Source: Ostreococcus lucimarinus (lineage: Eukaryota). From it: a stretch of 64,000 nucleotides of DNA. Below the pieces are notes generated by a model that saw nothing but the letters and a program-made list of their open reading frames with translations, searched no databases and had not been told where the DNA came from. The DNA is taken from the NCBI GenBank assembly GCA_000092065.1, contig CP000587.1. One strand, given 5' to 3'. Position 1 is the first letter of the stretch, and each line of letters opens with the position of its first letter. Positions 21,225 to 31,602 of the stretch are shown piece after piece. A program made the translations under genes and the position numbers.

Positions 21225-21908
21225 ATGCCGGGACGGACGTGGACGCGCGGTGACGCGACGACGACGGCGAAGGAGGCGGTGAAAACGAAACCGGCGGTGA
21301 AATCATCGCCCGCGCAAACTAAAAAGCGTCAAGCCACGTGGTCGCGCGAGGATGGTGAGGCGAAAAGAGGTGGAAATGGGAAAGAGGGGACGCAAGCGCG
21401 TCTGCGCGCGAGCGCGGCGGCGTTCGAACCGGCGAGCGCCAAGGCGCAGCGCGAGGCGCTGGAGGCGAAGATGAAAGCGGTGGAGGCGGAGAAGGCTAAG
21501 TTAAAGGCGGCTTTAGAGGCGGCGGCGGCGAAGAAGGCTCAGGACGCGCGAGAGAAGAAGGAAAAGGAAGAAGCCGCCAAGGCGGACGCGGCGAGGCGCC
21601 AGCGCGCCGCCGGGAACCTACTGAGCGGGTTTCGCGGCGTTCGCAAGCAGTGCGAAGAGCGCGTGGACGAGATCGCGAAGCCGGTGGAAAATTTATCGCA
21701 AGAAGAGATCGAGCGGCGCGCCGTGCAGCGCGTGGTGCTCGCCGGGACGGATTGGCAAGTCTTAGACTTGCCGCCGGGCTCGCAAAAGAAGTGGGTGACG
21801 AAGAGCTATCGCGAGCTCGCGAAAATTCTACATCCCGACAAGTGCGCCGCGCCCGGGGCGAAGGAGGCGTTTCAAAAGCTCAACAAAGCGTACAAGGCGC
21901 TGTCGTAG
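21225..21908 (+). CDS. J-domain (DnaJ-like) protein with an N-terminal K/A/E-rich coiled region
   Basis: ATG at 21225. The C-terminal J domain reads KSYRELAKILHPDKCAAPGAKEAFQKLNKAYKAL (HPD motif). Confidence 0.6.
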   Translation: MPGRTWTRGDATTTAKEAVKTKPAVKSSPAQTKKRQATWSREDGEAKRGGNGKEGTQARLRASAAAFEPASAKAQREALEAKMKAVEAEKAKLKAALEAAAAKKAQDAREKKEKEEAAKADAARRQRAAGNLLSGFRGVRKQCEERVDEIAKPVENLSQEEIERRAVQRVVLAGTDWQVLDLPPGSQKKWVTKSYRELAKILHPDKCAAPGAKEAFQKLNKAYKALS

Positions 21909-22004
21909 CGCGTCGACGAATGACGACGACGTTGTATTATTAACATAGAATCTCCGCAACTGTCGCGTCGCCGAGCGCCACTTCACCGCGCGCGTCGATC
22001 ACCG

Positions 22005-22616
22005 ATGTCGTCGCGCGCGCGCTCGAGCGACGACGATTTAGCGTCGCGGTTCGACGCTTCCGTGCGCGTGCGCGACGGCGCGCACGGTGACGCGATAGAG
22101 CGCGCTTTCAGCGTGCCCAAAGACTTCAATCAAGAATTAGAAACAAAGTCCAACGTCGAGTTGCGCGCGCTCATGACGGACGACGACGCCTTCGACGCGC
22201 TCTTAGCGTCCACGACGTGCGTGCGCGAGAGCGTGGCGTTCGTGAAGGAGTTGAAGGCGGAGATATCGCGCGCGTGCGATGATAACGAGGCGTTGGCGGG
22301 TGAAGTCAGAGCGGCGCAGACGCAACGCGCGCTGTTAGAGTCCACGGATCTACGTCGCGCCGAAGAGGCGTACGAGCTCGCGCGCGAAAACGTGTCGACG
22401 AGACGCGCAAACTACCCCACGCTCGCGCTCGCGATCGATCGCGCGCGGGAACGGGCGAGATCTCTAGAGGAGTCGTGTCGCGCGAGCGCCGCCGCGTTGG
22501 CGTCGACGCGCGGTCGCGTCGATCGAGACGATCTCGACGATTTCGTCCGCGCCTACGTCGAGCAAAAGACGACACAGCATAGATTAGACCTCACAGCCGA
22601 TATCGCGCAGGAATAG
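22005..22616 (+). CDS. VPS37-like (Mod(r) domain) ESCRT-I subunit, tentative
   Basis: ATG at 22005. The pattern ELRALMTDDDAFDALL...VKELKAEI...NEALAGE...DFVRAYVEQKTTQHRLDL resembles the Mod_r / VPS37 C-terminal domain. This is similarity by eye only. Confidence 0.35.
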   Translation: MSSRARSSDDDLASRFDASVRVRDGAHGDAIERAFSVPKDFNQELETKSNVELRALMTDDDAFDALLASTTCVRESVAFVKELKAEISRACDDNEALAGEVRAAQTQRALLESTDLRRAEEAYELARENVSTRRANYPTLALAIDRARERARSLEESCRASAAALASTRGRVDRDDLDDFVRAYVEQKTTQHRLDLTADIAQE

Positions 22617-22705
22617 CTCGCGGATGTAACCCGACGATCGACGCTTCGCGCTCGCGAATTGCCTGGCGCGCCGCACACGCCGCCGCTCCATCGCCACCGC
22701 GCGTC

Positions 22706-23647
22706 ATGTCGCTCGACTGTCGCGCCGGCGCGCCGAGCGCGACGATCGCGTCGCGCGCGGCCGCGCGCGCGAGCCTGTCGCGCGCGTCGCGCGCACCGCG
22801 AGGCCGATTCTCGTCGCCGCCGACGGATAAGCATCGTCCTTTTTCGACGCCGCACCGCGCGTCGCGTCGCGCGCGCGCGATCGCGAACGACGAGGACGTC
22901 GCCGGGAACCCTTTTGAGCAGAGCTCGTCCGCGGCGGGCGAACGCAGGGCGCTTTTCAACGACATCGCGCCCGTGTACGATCGATTGAACGATGGGTTGT
23001 CGCTCGGGCTGCATCGCGCGTGGAAGCGCGCGGCGGTGAAATGGATCGATTGCTCGCCGGGCATGGAGGCCCTGGACGTGTGCTGCGGGTCGGGGGACGT
23101 GGCTATTAAAATGTCGACGTTCGTGGGCGCGACGGGACGGGTGACGGGGTTGGATTTCGCGGCGAATCAATTAAAGTACGCGGCGGAGAAGGAGCGAGAT
23201 TTGCGCGCGGCGAGCGCGGACGCGAGCGCTCGCATGGGGAAGATTACGTGGATCGAGGGTGACGCGCTGAATTTGCCTTTTGACGATGAGTCGTTTGATT
23301 GCGCGACGATCGCTTACGGATTGAGGAACGTGAGCGATATTCCACGGGCGATGGGGGAGTTGAGACGAGTGTTGCGTCGAGGCGCCAAGCTCGCGGTTTT
23401 GGATTTCAACAACCCGGAGGATCCCACGACGGCGGCGGTGCAAGGATTTATGCTGGATAACGTCGTCGTCCCGATCGCAGATCTCAATGGCGTCGCCGCG
23501 GAGTATAGGTACTTGCGTCCGAGCATCGAACGCTTCCCGCGAGGGCGCGAGCAGGTGAATTTGGCGCGAGACGCGGGTTTCAGAGAGGCTAAGTTTTACG
23601 AACTCGCTCCGGGCGGTTTGATGGGGTGCTTGGTGTGCACGAAGTAG
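22706..23647 (+). CDS. UbiE/MenG-family methyltransferase (demethylphylloquinone/menaquinone methyltransferase-like), plastid presequence
   Basis: ATG at 22706. Motifs: LFNDIAPVYDRLNDGLSLGLHRAWKR, LDVCCGSGD, GLRNV. Confidence 0.7.
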   Translation: MSLDCRAGAPSATIASRAAARASLSRASRAPRGRFSSPPTDKHRPFSTPHRASRRARAIANDEDVAGNPFEQSSSAAGERRALFNDIAPVYDRLNDGLSLGLHRAWKRAAVKWIDCSPGMEALDVCCGSGDVAIKMSTFVGATGRVTGLDFAANQLKYAAEKERDLRAASADASARMGKITWIEGDALNLPFDDESFDCATIAYGLRNVSDIPRAMGELRRVLRRGAKLAVLDFNNPEDPTTAAVQGFMLDNVVVPIADLNGVAAEYRYLRPSIERFPRGREQVNLARDAGFREAKFYELAPGGLMGCLVCTK

Positions 23648-23705
23648 TGGAATCTCGAGTACAGTAGAATGTTATTACGAGTATTATTGATTAGTCTACA
23701 ACATC

Positions 23706-25214
23706 TCACGGCGCGACGAGCGCGGCAAAATACAGAGGCAACACAAAATTGTCCGACACGCCCTCGACGGAGAGCTCAAAGAGCGCCGTGGCGACGCACG
23801 CGCCCGCGAGTTTCGACGCGGAAATATCGACGCCGACGTAGGACGCGGCGACGAAAGTACTCACTGCGAACGCAATCGCGCCTTCGAGCGTCTTGGACGA
23901 GCGCTCACCGAACACTTTGCGGCGTCCAATCGCGCCGCCGACGATGGAGGCGAAGCTGTCGCCGACGCCGAGCGTGAGCACGCCCGCCCACGGTACGAGA
24001 GATTTCGAGTCGCCGCTGAGCCACACCGGGACGGCGATGCCGAGGAGCAATGAAAAGTGATCCAAAATGATGAGCGACACCACGCCGTCGCCGACGAATT
24101 GCGCGAGAAGCACGCTGAGCTTCCAGCCGAAGAGCCCGTGGCCGTAGTAGGCGTCGAAGACGCGAGCGCACTCGACGCAGGCGAAGAGCGCGAAGGCGAC
24201 GGCAAAGGCGACGCGAATCAACTCACCGAGTCCGCTGTTCGGCATCAACGTTGGCGCGAACATGACGATGGCGAGGAAATGAAACGCCTTCCTGCGCATC
24301 GTGAGCGGCATCGCTCGCGCGTTGTACGCCACGCCGAGGGCGACGGCGAGACCCGTGCACCAGAGCTTCGTCAACGACGTCAAGGTCTCCATGTTCGTCT
24401 TCATCGTGTATCGCACCACACCGAGGATCATGTTACTCTTACCAGGATTACTCACGCGATAAAACCACTCGGGAACCGACAGCGCGAGGCTCAGAACGCC
24501 GAATTGCGTCGCCTTGCTCGCCGGCGTCGGCCAGCACACGAGCCGAGCGCTCGCGAGCAAAAGTCCGACGCCCGCGATCGCGAACGCGCCCGCCAACGCG
24601 CTCGACTCGGACGCGCGCGCTCTCGTCCCGACGTCGCGATAAATCCCCACGCACATCTCCATCACGCTCGCCGCACCGACGGACAGCAGCGTCGTCTCGC
24701 TCGGCGCCGCCGCCCCCGCGAGCCCCCACGCGCACGCGCGCGCGAACGCCACCATCACCGCATCCATCGCGAACGCCCCGCTCATCAAGCGCATGGCCAA
24801 CATCCACACCAAGGCACTTATAAACGTCTTCTTCTCGCTCGACGGCGTCCACGCGTCGACGTACGCGACGCTTCCCGCAGCGCTAAACGCCGTCGCCGTC
24901 GCTCGTCCCAGTCGCGTCCCCGCATTCGTCCCGGACACCGCACACAGCGCCCACACGGGCGCCATCGTCGCGTACGCGCTGAACGTGGACACTTCGGTCG
25001 ACGACGCGTCGCGCATCGTCCGTCGCATCGCGCCGAGCGCGGCGAATAGCATCAATCCGAGCGACATTGCGGCGTTCACAAAGTCGCCGCCATCCTTCAA
25101 TTCGACGCGTGACAGGTGCGCGTGCGCGACGATGAGCGTCGTGACGCCGACCACGATCGACGTGCACGACGCGTGTGCGTTTTGCGCGGCGTTCGCGCGC
25201 TTGGATGGGGGCAT
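23706..25214 (-). CDS. Dolichol kinase (CTP-dependent polyprenol kinase family), multi-pass membrane protein
   Basis: ATG at 25214. The protein is about 500 aa and highly hydrophobic, with the C-terminal catalytic motif GVGDSFASIVGGAIGRRKV...SKTLEGAIAFAVSTF. Confidence 0.6.
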   Translation of the reverse strand: MPPSKRANAAQNAHASCTSIVVGVTTLIVAHAHLSRVELKDGGDFVNAAMSLGLMLFAALGAMRRTMRDASSTEVSTFSAYATMAPVWALCAVSGTNAGTRLGRATATAFSAAGSVAYVDAWTPSSEKKTFISALVWMLAMRLMSGAFAMDAVMVAFARACAWGLAGAAAPSETTLLSVGAASVMEMCVGIYRDVGTRARASESSALAGAFAIAGVGLLLASARLVCWPTPASKATQFGVLSLALSVPEWFYRVSNPGKSNMILGVVRYTMKTNMETLTSLTKLWCTGLAVALGVAYNARAMPLTMRRKAFHFLAIVMFAPTLMPNSGLGELIRVAFAVAFALFACVECARVFDAYYGHGLFGWKLSVLLAQFVGDGVVSLIILDHFSLLLGIAVPVWLSGDSKSLVPWAGVLTLGVGDSFASIVGGAIGRRKVFGERSSKTLEGAIAFAVSTFVAASYVGVDISASKLAGACVATALFELSVEGVSDNFVLPLYFAALVAP

Positions 25215-25292
25215 GATGGCGAGCGAGAGGCGCGCAGTGAAGGCGAGTCGGTTGGTTGGCGGAGGCGTCGTATTTCAAGGCGGCGGCGAGTA

Positions 25293-26270
25293 CTAGCGAT
25301 TCAATCGTAACGAAGCGTGGAACTTTCGAACAGCTTCATAGTGCGCTTTGCGGTAAAACATTCTGTGCTCTGCCCATAACGGCAGGAATTCGCGCATGGA
25401 GATCTCGCCGCTTCGATGGAACACGAGCGCGACTTCGACGACGAATCGCTCGTCGGCGTCTGGTAAAACGACTTCTTTCAGCGCCTTGGCGTAAGGAGCT
25501 GAGTCTGGACATCCATGAGTGCACGCGTACTTCAAACACTCCAAATGTCCATTCGAGGCGGCATTATAGCACGTCAACGTGTTCCAAGGACACCCTTGCT
25601 CGTGCGCGTACTTCAAACACTCCAAATGTCCTCTCTTGGCGGCAGATGAGCACGTATTCTCGTCCCAAGGACACCCGTTCTCGTGCGCATACTTCAACAT
25701 CTCCAAATGTCCATTACGGGCGGCTCCCGTGCACGTCCACCGGTCCCAATGATGCCCGTGTTCGCGCAAATACTTCAAACATTCCAAAAATCCAAACTCG
25801 GCGGCGGTTGTGCACGCGTGGTTGCTGAATTTGCACCCATGCTTGAGAAGATATTTCATGCATTCCGTACTACCGTGCTCAGCGCAGACGTACAGTATCT
25901 TCAAACTCGTCGCTTCAAATCTACACTTACCCCAGGGGCACTCACACTCGTGCAAAAACTTCAAACGCTCAATCGAATCGTTTTTCACAGCATCCTGGCA
26001 CGCGTTCGCGCTCCAACGCTTCCACGCCTCTTTCGACACCACATCGCGACAAAGTCCCATCACTTCGGCGTCTCGTCGATCCAACGCGATGTCCGGCCCT
26101 CGCTGATTAAACTCCGAATCCACACGCTTCAACGCGTTCCGCACCTTCGCTTTCGCCCCCGGCGCGCCGCGATCGCTCGTCATCAACTCGCGCATCTTTC
26201 CGTACAGTTTTGCATCTCGCTTGTCTCGGAGGTGCCGAGATTTTCGCGTCGCGTCGTCGCCGTCCTTCAT
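25293..26270 (-). CDS. Ankyrin-like repeat protein (GHLECLKYAHExGCPW repeats)
   Basis: ATG at 26270. It has five or more tandem 33-aa repeats. The repeats are also visible as near-identical 99-bp units at the DNA level at about 25540..25900. Confidence 0.6.
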   Translation of the reverse strand: MKDGDDATRKSRHLRDKRDAKLYGKMRELMTSDRGAPGAKAKVRNALKRVDSEFNQRGPDIALDRRDAEVMGLCRDVVSKEAWKRWSANACQDAVKNDSIERLKFLHECECPWGKCRFEATSLKILYVCAEHGSTECMKYLLKHGCKFSNHACTTAAEFGFLECLKYLREHGHHWDRWTCTGAARNGHLEMLKYAHENGCPWDENTCSSAAKRGHLECLKYAHEQGCPWNTLTCYNAASNGHLECLKYACTHGCPDSAPYAKALKEVVLPDADERFVVEVALVFHRSGEISMREFLPLWAEHRMFYRKAHYEAVRKFHASLRLNR

Positions 26271-26390
26271 CGCGCCGTGCGCGTCCGCGCGTCCGCGCGC
26301 GTCGCGACGGCGTGCGTTCGCGTCGCGCGCGTCGTCGTCGTTCGCGCGCCGCGGACTCGTTCCGTCGCGTCGCGTCGCGTCGCGGAATGC

Positions 26391-26427
26391 CGTCTCGTCT
26401 CGTCTCGTCTCGTCTCGTCTCGTCTCT
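26391..26427. repeat. (TCTCG)7 microsatellite
   Basis: cgtctcgtctcgtctcgtctcgtctcgtctcgtctc is read directly. It lies in the region upstream of the ankyrin gene. Confidence 0.9.
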
Positions 26428-26884
26428 CGGTCGCGCGCGCACCGGCGAAACGACGTTCACACTTCCCGGCGCACCGGCGCGCGCCGGCGACGATGGACCT
26501 CGCGCGCGCGCGCGCGAGCGCGTACGAACGGTTACGATCGGTCGGGGCGTTTCGCGGCGACGACGCGACGCGTCGGGCGACGCGGGACGCGGACGACGCG
26601 ATCGAGTGGATTCAAAAGTCATTCAGACAGCTCGAGACTTTGAGCGACGACGACGAGGAGGAGGAGGAAGACGATGGACGCGCGGTGCGTCGCGCGTCGA
26701 ACGCGTCGCGCGTCGCGCGGTTCGCGTTGGTGTTTTGGTACGAGAGCGTGCGCGTGCGAAAGGGAGCGCGCGCGAGGACGCGCGAGGGGTGACGTCGGGA
26801 CGCCTTCGGGACGACAAACGTCGAGGACGAGGACGCGCTCGCGTCAGTGCGCGACGACTCGCGATTTTCGTCGAGCGGGCTTCG

Positions 26885-27403
26885 ATGATCGTTGATGTGC
26901 CTCGCGACGCGCGCGCGAAGACGCGCGCGTGGGCGGTGGTGATCGTCGCGTTCGTCTTCGCGTCGAGCGCGGCGGCGGGCGTTCGCGCGTCCGAGAGCGG
27001 CGTCGGCGGCGCGCCTTCGGCGCGACGGAGTCTCGTCGACGTCACGGGGGCCGCGTTCTTCGACGTGTTCGGCTTCGAGCTCAGCGCGAGCGCGGCGTTC
27101 GATCCGATTTGCGAGTTTCTGAATCCGTTCCTGCATCCAGACTATCGGTTATCGGCGTGCGCCGAAGAGCAAGCCGCCGCGGCGGAATACGAGGACGAAT
27201 ACGAGGCGTACGGCGAAGGACGCGATCGCATCGTGATGGATCCAGAGGGCACGTTCGTGAATGGGGTCACCGGGAACGTCGCCGGCGGTATCGGCGGCGG
27301 CGGTATCGGCGGCGTCGCGGGCGGATCCGCGGGCTTCATCGGCGGAGGTCTCGGCGGCGTCGGCGGCGGCGTCGGCGCCGGACCGATCGGACGCCGACTT
27401 TAG
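26885..27403 (+). CDS. Hypothetical secreted or membrane protein with a Gly-rich C-terminus
   Basis: The in-frame ATG at 26885 is followed by a hydrophobic signal-like stretch (AWAVVIVAFVFASSAAAG) and then GGIGGGGIGGVAGGSAGFIGGGLGG repeats. The upstream ORF portion from 26210 is R-rich low complexity. This is a weak call. Confidence 0.3.
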   Translation: MIVDVPRDARAKTRAWAVVIVAFVFASSAAAGVRASESGVGGAPSARRSLVDVTGAAFFDVFGFELSASAAFDPICEFLNPFLHPDYRLSACAEEQAAAAEYEDEYEAYGEGRDRIVMDPEGTFVNGVTGNVAGGIGGGGIGGVAGGSAGFIGGGLGGVGGGVGAGPIGRRL

Positions 27404-27553
27404 GACGGCGCGCGAAAAATTGTAAAACAGTGATTCTTTGTGTCATCAGCGCCGCGAACTTCGCCAAACGAAAATGTTAATCAGTTATTACACGAATGAA
27501 TGTTGAGCTAAAAGCGAAGACGCAAGCGCGGGTGAAGCGGAAAAGGAAGTCTT

Positions 27554-29707
27554 TTACTTCGCTTCTTTTTCCTTTCTACTCGCGGCAAGCTCCGTTTGAA
27601 TGGCCATGGGGACGGGCTCGTAGCGCGCAAGCTTCATGGAGTAGTTGGCGCGACCCTTGGTCATGCCGCGCAACTTGGAGACGTAGTTGAACATTTCCGC
27701 GAGCGGCACGAACGCCTTGACCGTCTTCATGCCACCCGGCTTGTCGCCGAGCTCGTTGACGGCACCACGACGAGAGTTCAAGTCACCGATAACGTCACCC
27801 ATGGATTCTTCCGGGGTGATGACATCAACCTCCATGACGGGCTCCAAAAGCTTCGGGGCGCACTTGGAGATGCCTTCTCTGAACGCGCCCTTGGCGGCGA
27901 TTTCGAAAGCCATGACGGAGGAATCGACGTCGTGGTAAGAACCATCGAACAAGGTGGCGCGCAAGTCCACGACAGGGAAACCGGCGATGATACCAGAGCC
28001 CATCATTTGTTCCAAACCGCTCGCGACGCCCGGAATGTATTCCTTCGGCACGGTGCCACCCTTGATGTCGGTGGTGAACTCGAAACCGGAACCCGGTTCG
28101 AGCGGTTCAAACTTGATTTTAACCTCGGCGTATTGACCGGAACCACCAGACTGCTTCTTGTGCGTGTACTTGACTTCACCCGGCTTGGAGATAGATTCAC
28201 GGTAGTTGACTTGCGGCGCGCCGACGTTGGCTTCAACCTTGAATTCGCGCTTGAGGCGATCGACGATGATGTCGAGGTGAAGCTCACCCATACCTTCGAT
28301 GACGGTTTGGTTGGTTTCTTCGTCACGCGTGAAGTGGAAAGACGGATCTTCCTGCGCGAGCTTGATCAAACCGGTGGACATCTTTTCGACGTCAGCCTTG
28401 GTCTTCGGCTCGATGGCAACCTTGATAACGGGATCGGGGAACTCCATGCGTTCGAGGATAATTTGCTTTCCTTGGTCGCACAACGTGTCACCGGTGGTGG
28501 TGTCCTTGAGACCAGCGATGGCGACGATGTCACCAGTGCGCGCCACTTTGACGTCCTCACGCTCGTTCGCGTGCATCTCGAGGAGGCGACCGATGCGTTC
28601 CTTCTTACCCTTGACGGAGTTGTACGCGTAAGAGCCGGATTCGATGATGCCAGAGTACACGCGGGTGAAGGTGAGCGAACCGACGAACGGATCAGTCATG
28701 ACCTTGAACGCCAACGCAGAGAGCGCTTCATCGTCATCCGCCTTGCGGGTGAGCTTCTTTTCGGCGTCATCGACGTCGGTACCTTGGACATCCGGGACAT
28801 CCGTCGGCGCCGGCAAGTACGCGAGGACGGCGTCGAGCATCGGTTGGACACCCTTGTTCTTGAACGCGGAGCCGCACAACACCGGGACGAAGGAGAGAGA
28901 GCACGTGCCCTTACGGATGCACTTGACAATCTCTTCCTCGGTCGGTTCTTCACCTTCGAGGTACTTTTCCATGACGTCGTCGTCTTGCTCGACGGCCATT
29001 TCAATCATGTTGGCGCGCATCTCTTCAGCCTTCTCCTTGAGGTCGTCCGGAATTTCGACAACGTCCCAAGACGCGCCGAGCTCTTCACCCTTCCAGACGA
29101 GCGCCTTCATGGTGATGAGATCGACGACGCCGGCGAAGTCTTCTTCGGCGCCGATCGGGATTTGGAGCGGGCACGGACGCGCGCCGAGGTTCTTGACAAT
29201 CATGTCGATGGTGCGGAAGTAGTTGGCACCCATGCGATCCATCTTGTTCACGAAGCACAAACGTGGAACGTGGTACTTGTCGGCTTGGCGCCAGACGGTT
29301 TCGGATTGCGGTTCGACACCGGCGACGGAGTCGAAGAGGCAAATGGCGCCGTCGAGCACGCGAAGCGCGCGTTCAACTTCCAACGTGAAATCGACGTGAC
29401 CAGGGGTATCGATGATGTTGATACGGTGATCGTTCCACGCGCACGTGGTCGCGGCGGACGTAATCGTGATACCGCGCTCTTGTTCTTGTTCCATCCAGTC
29501 CATCGTCGCCGCGCCTTCGTGCACTTCGCCGATTTTGTGCGAGCGACCGGTGTAGTACAACACGCGTTCCGTCGTCGTCGTCTTACCCGCATCGATGTGG
29601 GCCATGATACCGATGTTGCGGTACTTGTTCAACGGAATCTTCCGTGCTTCGGCTTCTTCGCCCTTGGCCGCGCGAACGACGTGGGTGCGTCGTTGCTGCT
29701 TTTGGTT
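27554..29707 (-). CDS. fusA: Elongation factor G, plastid-type (main 3' exon; one or more 5' exons unresolved)
   Basis: [26 protein letters not shown] and a full EF-G domain series are present. There is no ATG between the conserved start and the upstream stop at 29729. On the minus strand the branch-site module ACTGACGACGCGCGCGAT lies at plus coordinates 29743..29756 and a CAG acceptor ends at plus 29708. The peptide upstream of the GTP-binding core ([17 protein letters not shown]) matches plant plastid EF-G (VFAAAEGEAKRAVPL). Confidence 0.9.
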   Translation of the reverse strand, partial: NQKQQRRTHVVRAAKGEEAEARKIPLNKYRNIGIMAHIDAGKTTTTERVLYYTGRSHKIGEVHEGAATMDWMEQEQERGITITSAATTCAWNDHRINIIDTPGHVDFTLEVERALRVLDGAICLFDSVAGVEPQSETVWRQADKYHVPRLCFVNKMDRMGANYFRTIDMIVKNLGARPCPLQIPIGAEEDFAGVVDLITMKALVWKGEELGASWDVVEIPDDLKEKAEEMRANMIEMAVEQDDDVMEKYLEGEEPTEEEIVKCIRKGTCSLSFVPVLCGSAFKNKGVQPMLDAVLAYLPAPTDVPDVQGTDVDDAEKKLTRKADDDEALSALAFKVMTDPFVGSLTFTRVYSGIIESGSYAYNSVKGKKERIGRLLEMHANEREDVKVARTGDIVAIAGLKDTTTGDTLCDQGKQIILERMEFPDPVIKVAIEPKTKADVEKMSTGLIKLAQEDPSFHFTRDEETNQTVIEGMGELHLDIIVDRLKREFKVEANVGAPQVNYRESISKPGEVKYTHKKQSGGSGQYAEVKIKFEPLEPGSGFEFTTDIKGGTVPKEYIPGVASGLEQMMGSGIIAGFPVVDLRATLFDGSYHDVDSSVMAFEIAAKGAFREGISKCAPKLLEPVMEVDVITPEESMGDVIGDLNSRRGAVNELGDKPGGMKTVKAFVPLAEMFNYVSKLRGMTKGRANYSMKLARYEPVPMAIQTELAASRKEKEAK

Positions 29708-30656
29708 CTGCGTTCGGGACGAGCGTAATCAATCGCGCGCGTCGTCAGTCGTCTCGTCCCTCGCGCGCCGTCCTCGCGCGCCGTCCTCGCGCGCGTAAAT
29801 TTCCCTCAACCATTTCCCCGCATCTCCGTCCCTCGCGCGCCGTCCTCGCGCGCCGCATCGCGCGACGCCTCCCCCGACGCGCGAAGGGATAAGGCGGCCG
29901 CCGCCAGGGTGACGTCGAACGTCGCGCCCGTCCCCTCGCGCATCGCGCGCGCCCGCCCCCCTCCGCCGCCGCGCATCGCGCGCTCAAAATTATCCCGCCC
30001 CGTTTCGCCGCGCGCGCGCGCCGCCGCGCGTTCGCCGCGCCCGCGAAGCCCCCGCGCGCGCGCCGTCGAGGGTGACGTCGCATTCCCATCGTCGTCGTCG
30101 TCGCGCGTCGCGCGCGTCGTCGTCGCGTCGCGCGCGCGCGCGTCGCGCGTCGCGCGTCCGAAAATCGCCGCGCGCAAAACTCGCGCACCTCGGTGGATCG
30201 ACGCACCGGCGAGGCGGCGTACGCGCATCGCGCGGTGGTCACGGAAGACGCCACGGAAGACATCATTCGTTCGGTGCGGGGAGTGCGGCGCGCGGCGTCG
30301 CGCGCGCGCGCGGGCGGTCGGCGACCGACCGCGTCGTCGATAAAAAAGCATCGCGCGTCGTCGGCATCGTATTCGAGCGATGGTATCGTCACGATGCGTC
30401 GACCACGCGCGAGGTAAAAAAAGCGGCACATCTCCATAAGAAAATGACGTGCCTACGTCACGTTCGTATTCAAGCGCGCGCCGACCCAGTTCGCGTACGC
30501 GACCGCGCGTCGCGTACGGGTCGTCGGCCCGCAGAGCGCGCGTTCGCGGCGCGACGACGACGACGGGCGACGCGCGCGCGCGACGCTCGACGCACGCGCG
30601 ACGCGCGCGCGGCGCGACGGCGCGCGCGGTGATCGCGGTGATCGCGGCGGTGTGCG

Positions 30657-30688
<32 letters not shown>

Positions 30689-30826
30689 GCGACGGCGATC
30701 GGCGCGGCGCGCGCGGCGTCGACGCGGGCGGTTCGGTACGGCGCGCGACGCGACGTCGGGGGTGAGGGACGACTCGGGACGACGCGCGCGCGCGCGAGCT
30801 CGAGCTCGGTGGACGACGCGCGCGCG

Positions 30827-31507
30827 ATGGCGTCGTACCCGGCGCCGATCGTCGTCGAACCGCGGGGAGGCGACGCGAACGCGGCGATGATTCTGTTGCA
30901 CGGATTGGGCGACACCGGACGCGGATGGGCGGGCGCGGCGGGGCAGATTCCCACGCCAGCGGGCGCGCACGTGCGATGGGTGTTTCCGACGGCGAAAACG
31001 ATGCCGGTGACGCTGAACGGAGGGATGCGCATGACGGCGTGGTTCGATTTGAACGCGTTGGACGAACGCTCCATCGTGGACGACAGAGGCGAAATCGACG
31101 CGTCGGTTGAATATTTGAACGCGTTGGTGCGAGAGCAGATGGATAAAGGAATTCCGAGCGAGAAAATTATGATCGGCGGGTTCTCGCAGGGCGGCGCGAT
31201 CGCGCTGACGGCGGCGTTGCGGTCGGAGGTGAAGCTCGCGGGGTGCGTGGCGATGTCGACGTATCTTCCGTTGCGCGCCGATTACCCGGACAGGTTCGGC
31301 GCGCACGCCAAGAGTTTGAAGATTTTTCAAGCGCACGGAACGAGCGACATGGTGTTGCAATACTCGTACGGAAAAATGTCCGCGGAATTGATGCAAGCGG
31401 CGGGCGTCGATGTTGATTTTAAGACGTACAACGGGATGGCGCACAGCGCGTGCGCCGAGGAATTCGACGACGTCGCCGACTTCTTGAAAGCCAGGCTGGC
31501 TGGATGA
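30827..31507 (+). CDS. Acyl-protein thioesterase / lysophospholipase-like carboxylesterase (alpha/beta hydrolase)
   Basis: Re-anchored to ATG 30827 (MASYPAPIVVEP). Motifs: ILLHGLGDTG, GFSQGGA, HGTSDMVL. The ORF upstream from 30449 is low-complexity. Confidence 0.7.
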   Translation: MASYPAPIVVEPRGGDANAAMILLHGLGDTGRGWAGAAGQIPTPAGAHVRWVFPTAKTMPVTLNGGMRMTAWFDLNALDERSIVDDRGEIDASVEYLNALVREQMDKGIPSEKIMIGGFSQGGAIALTAALRSEVKLAGCVAMSTYLPLRADYPDRFGAHAKSLKIFQAHGTSDMVLQYSYGKMSAELMQAAGVDVDFKTYNGMAHSACAEEFDDVADFLKARLAG

Positions 31508-31602
31508 TGTTTTTCTTCTAACTTTTGTGAAATATTCATGATCAATGGCATGAGCTACTACGTCTATCACGTCCTAATCTGTTTCTAATCTAGTGCGCCG
31601 CG

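Noticed and set aside
27596-29728. 710-aa plus-strand ORF antisense to EF-G.
   Set aside because: Shadow ORF. The minus-strand frame is canonical EF-G.
29806-31570. 422-aa and 366-aa minus-strand ORFs, and the long plus-strand ORF from 30449, upstream of the thioesterase gene.
   Set aside because: They are R/A-rich low-complexity ORFs with non-ATG starts. Only the segment from ATG 30827 shows alpha/beta-hydrolase motifs. The EF-G 5' exon is probably hidden here but could not be phased.
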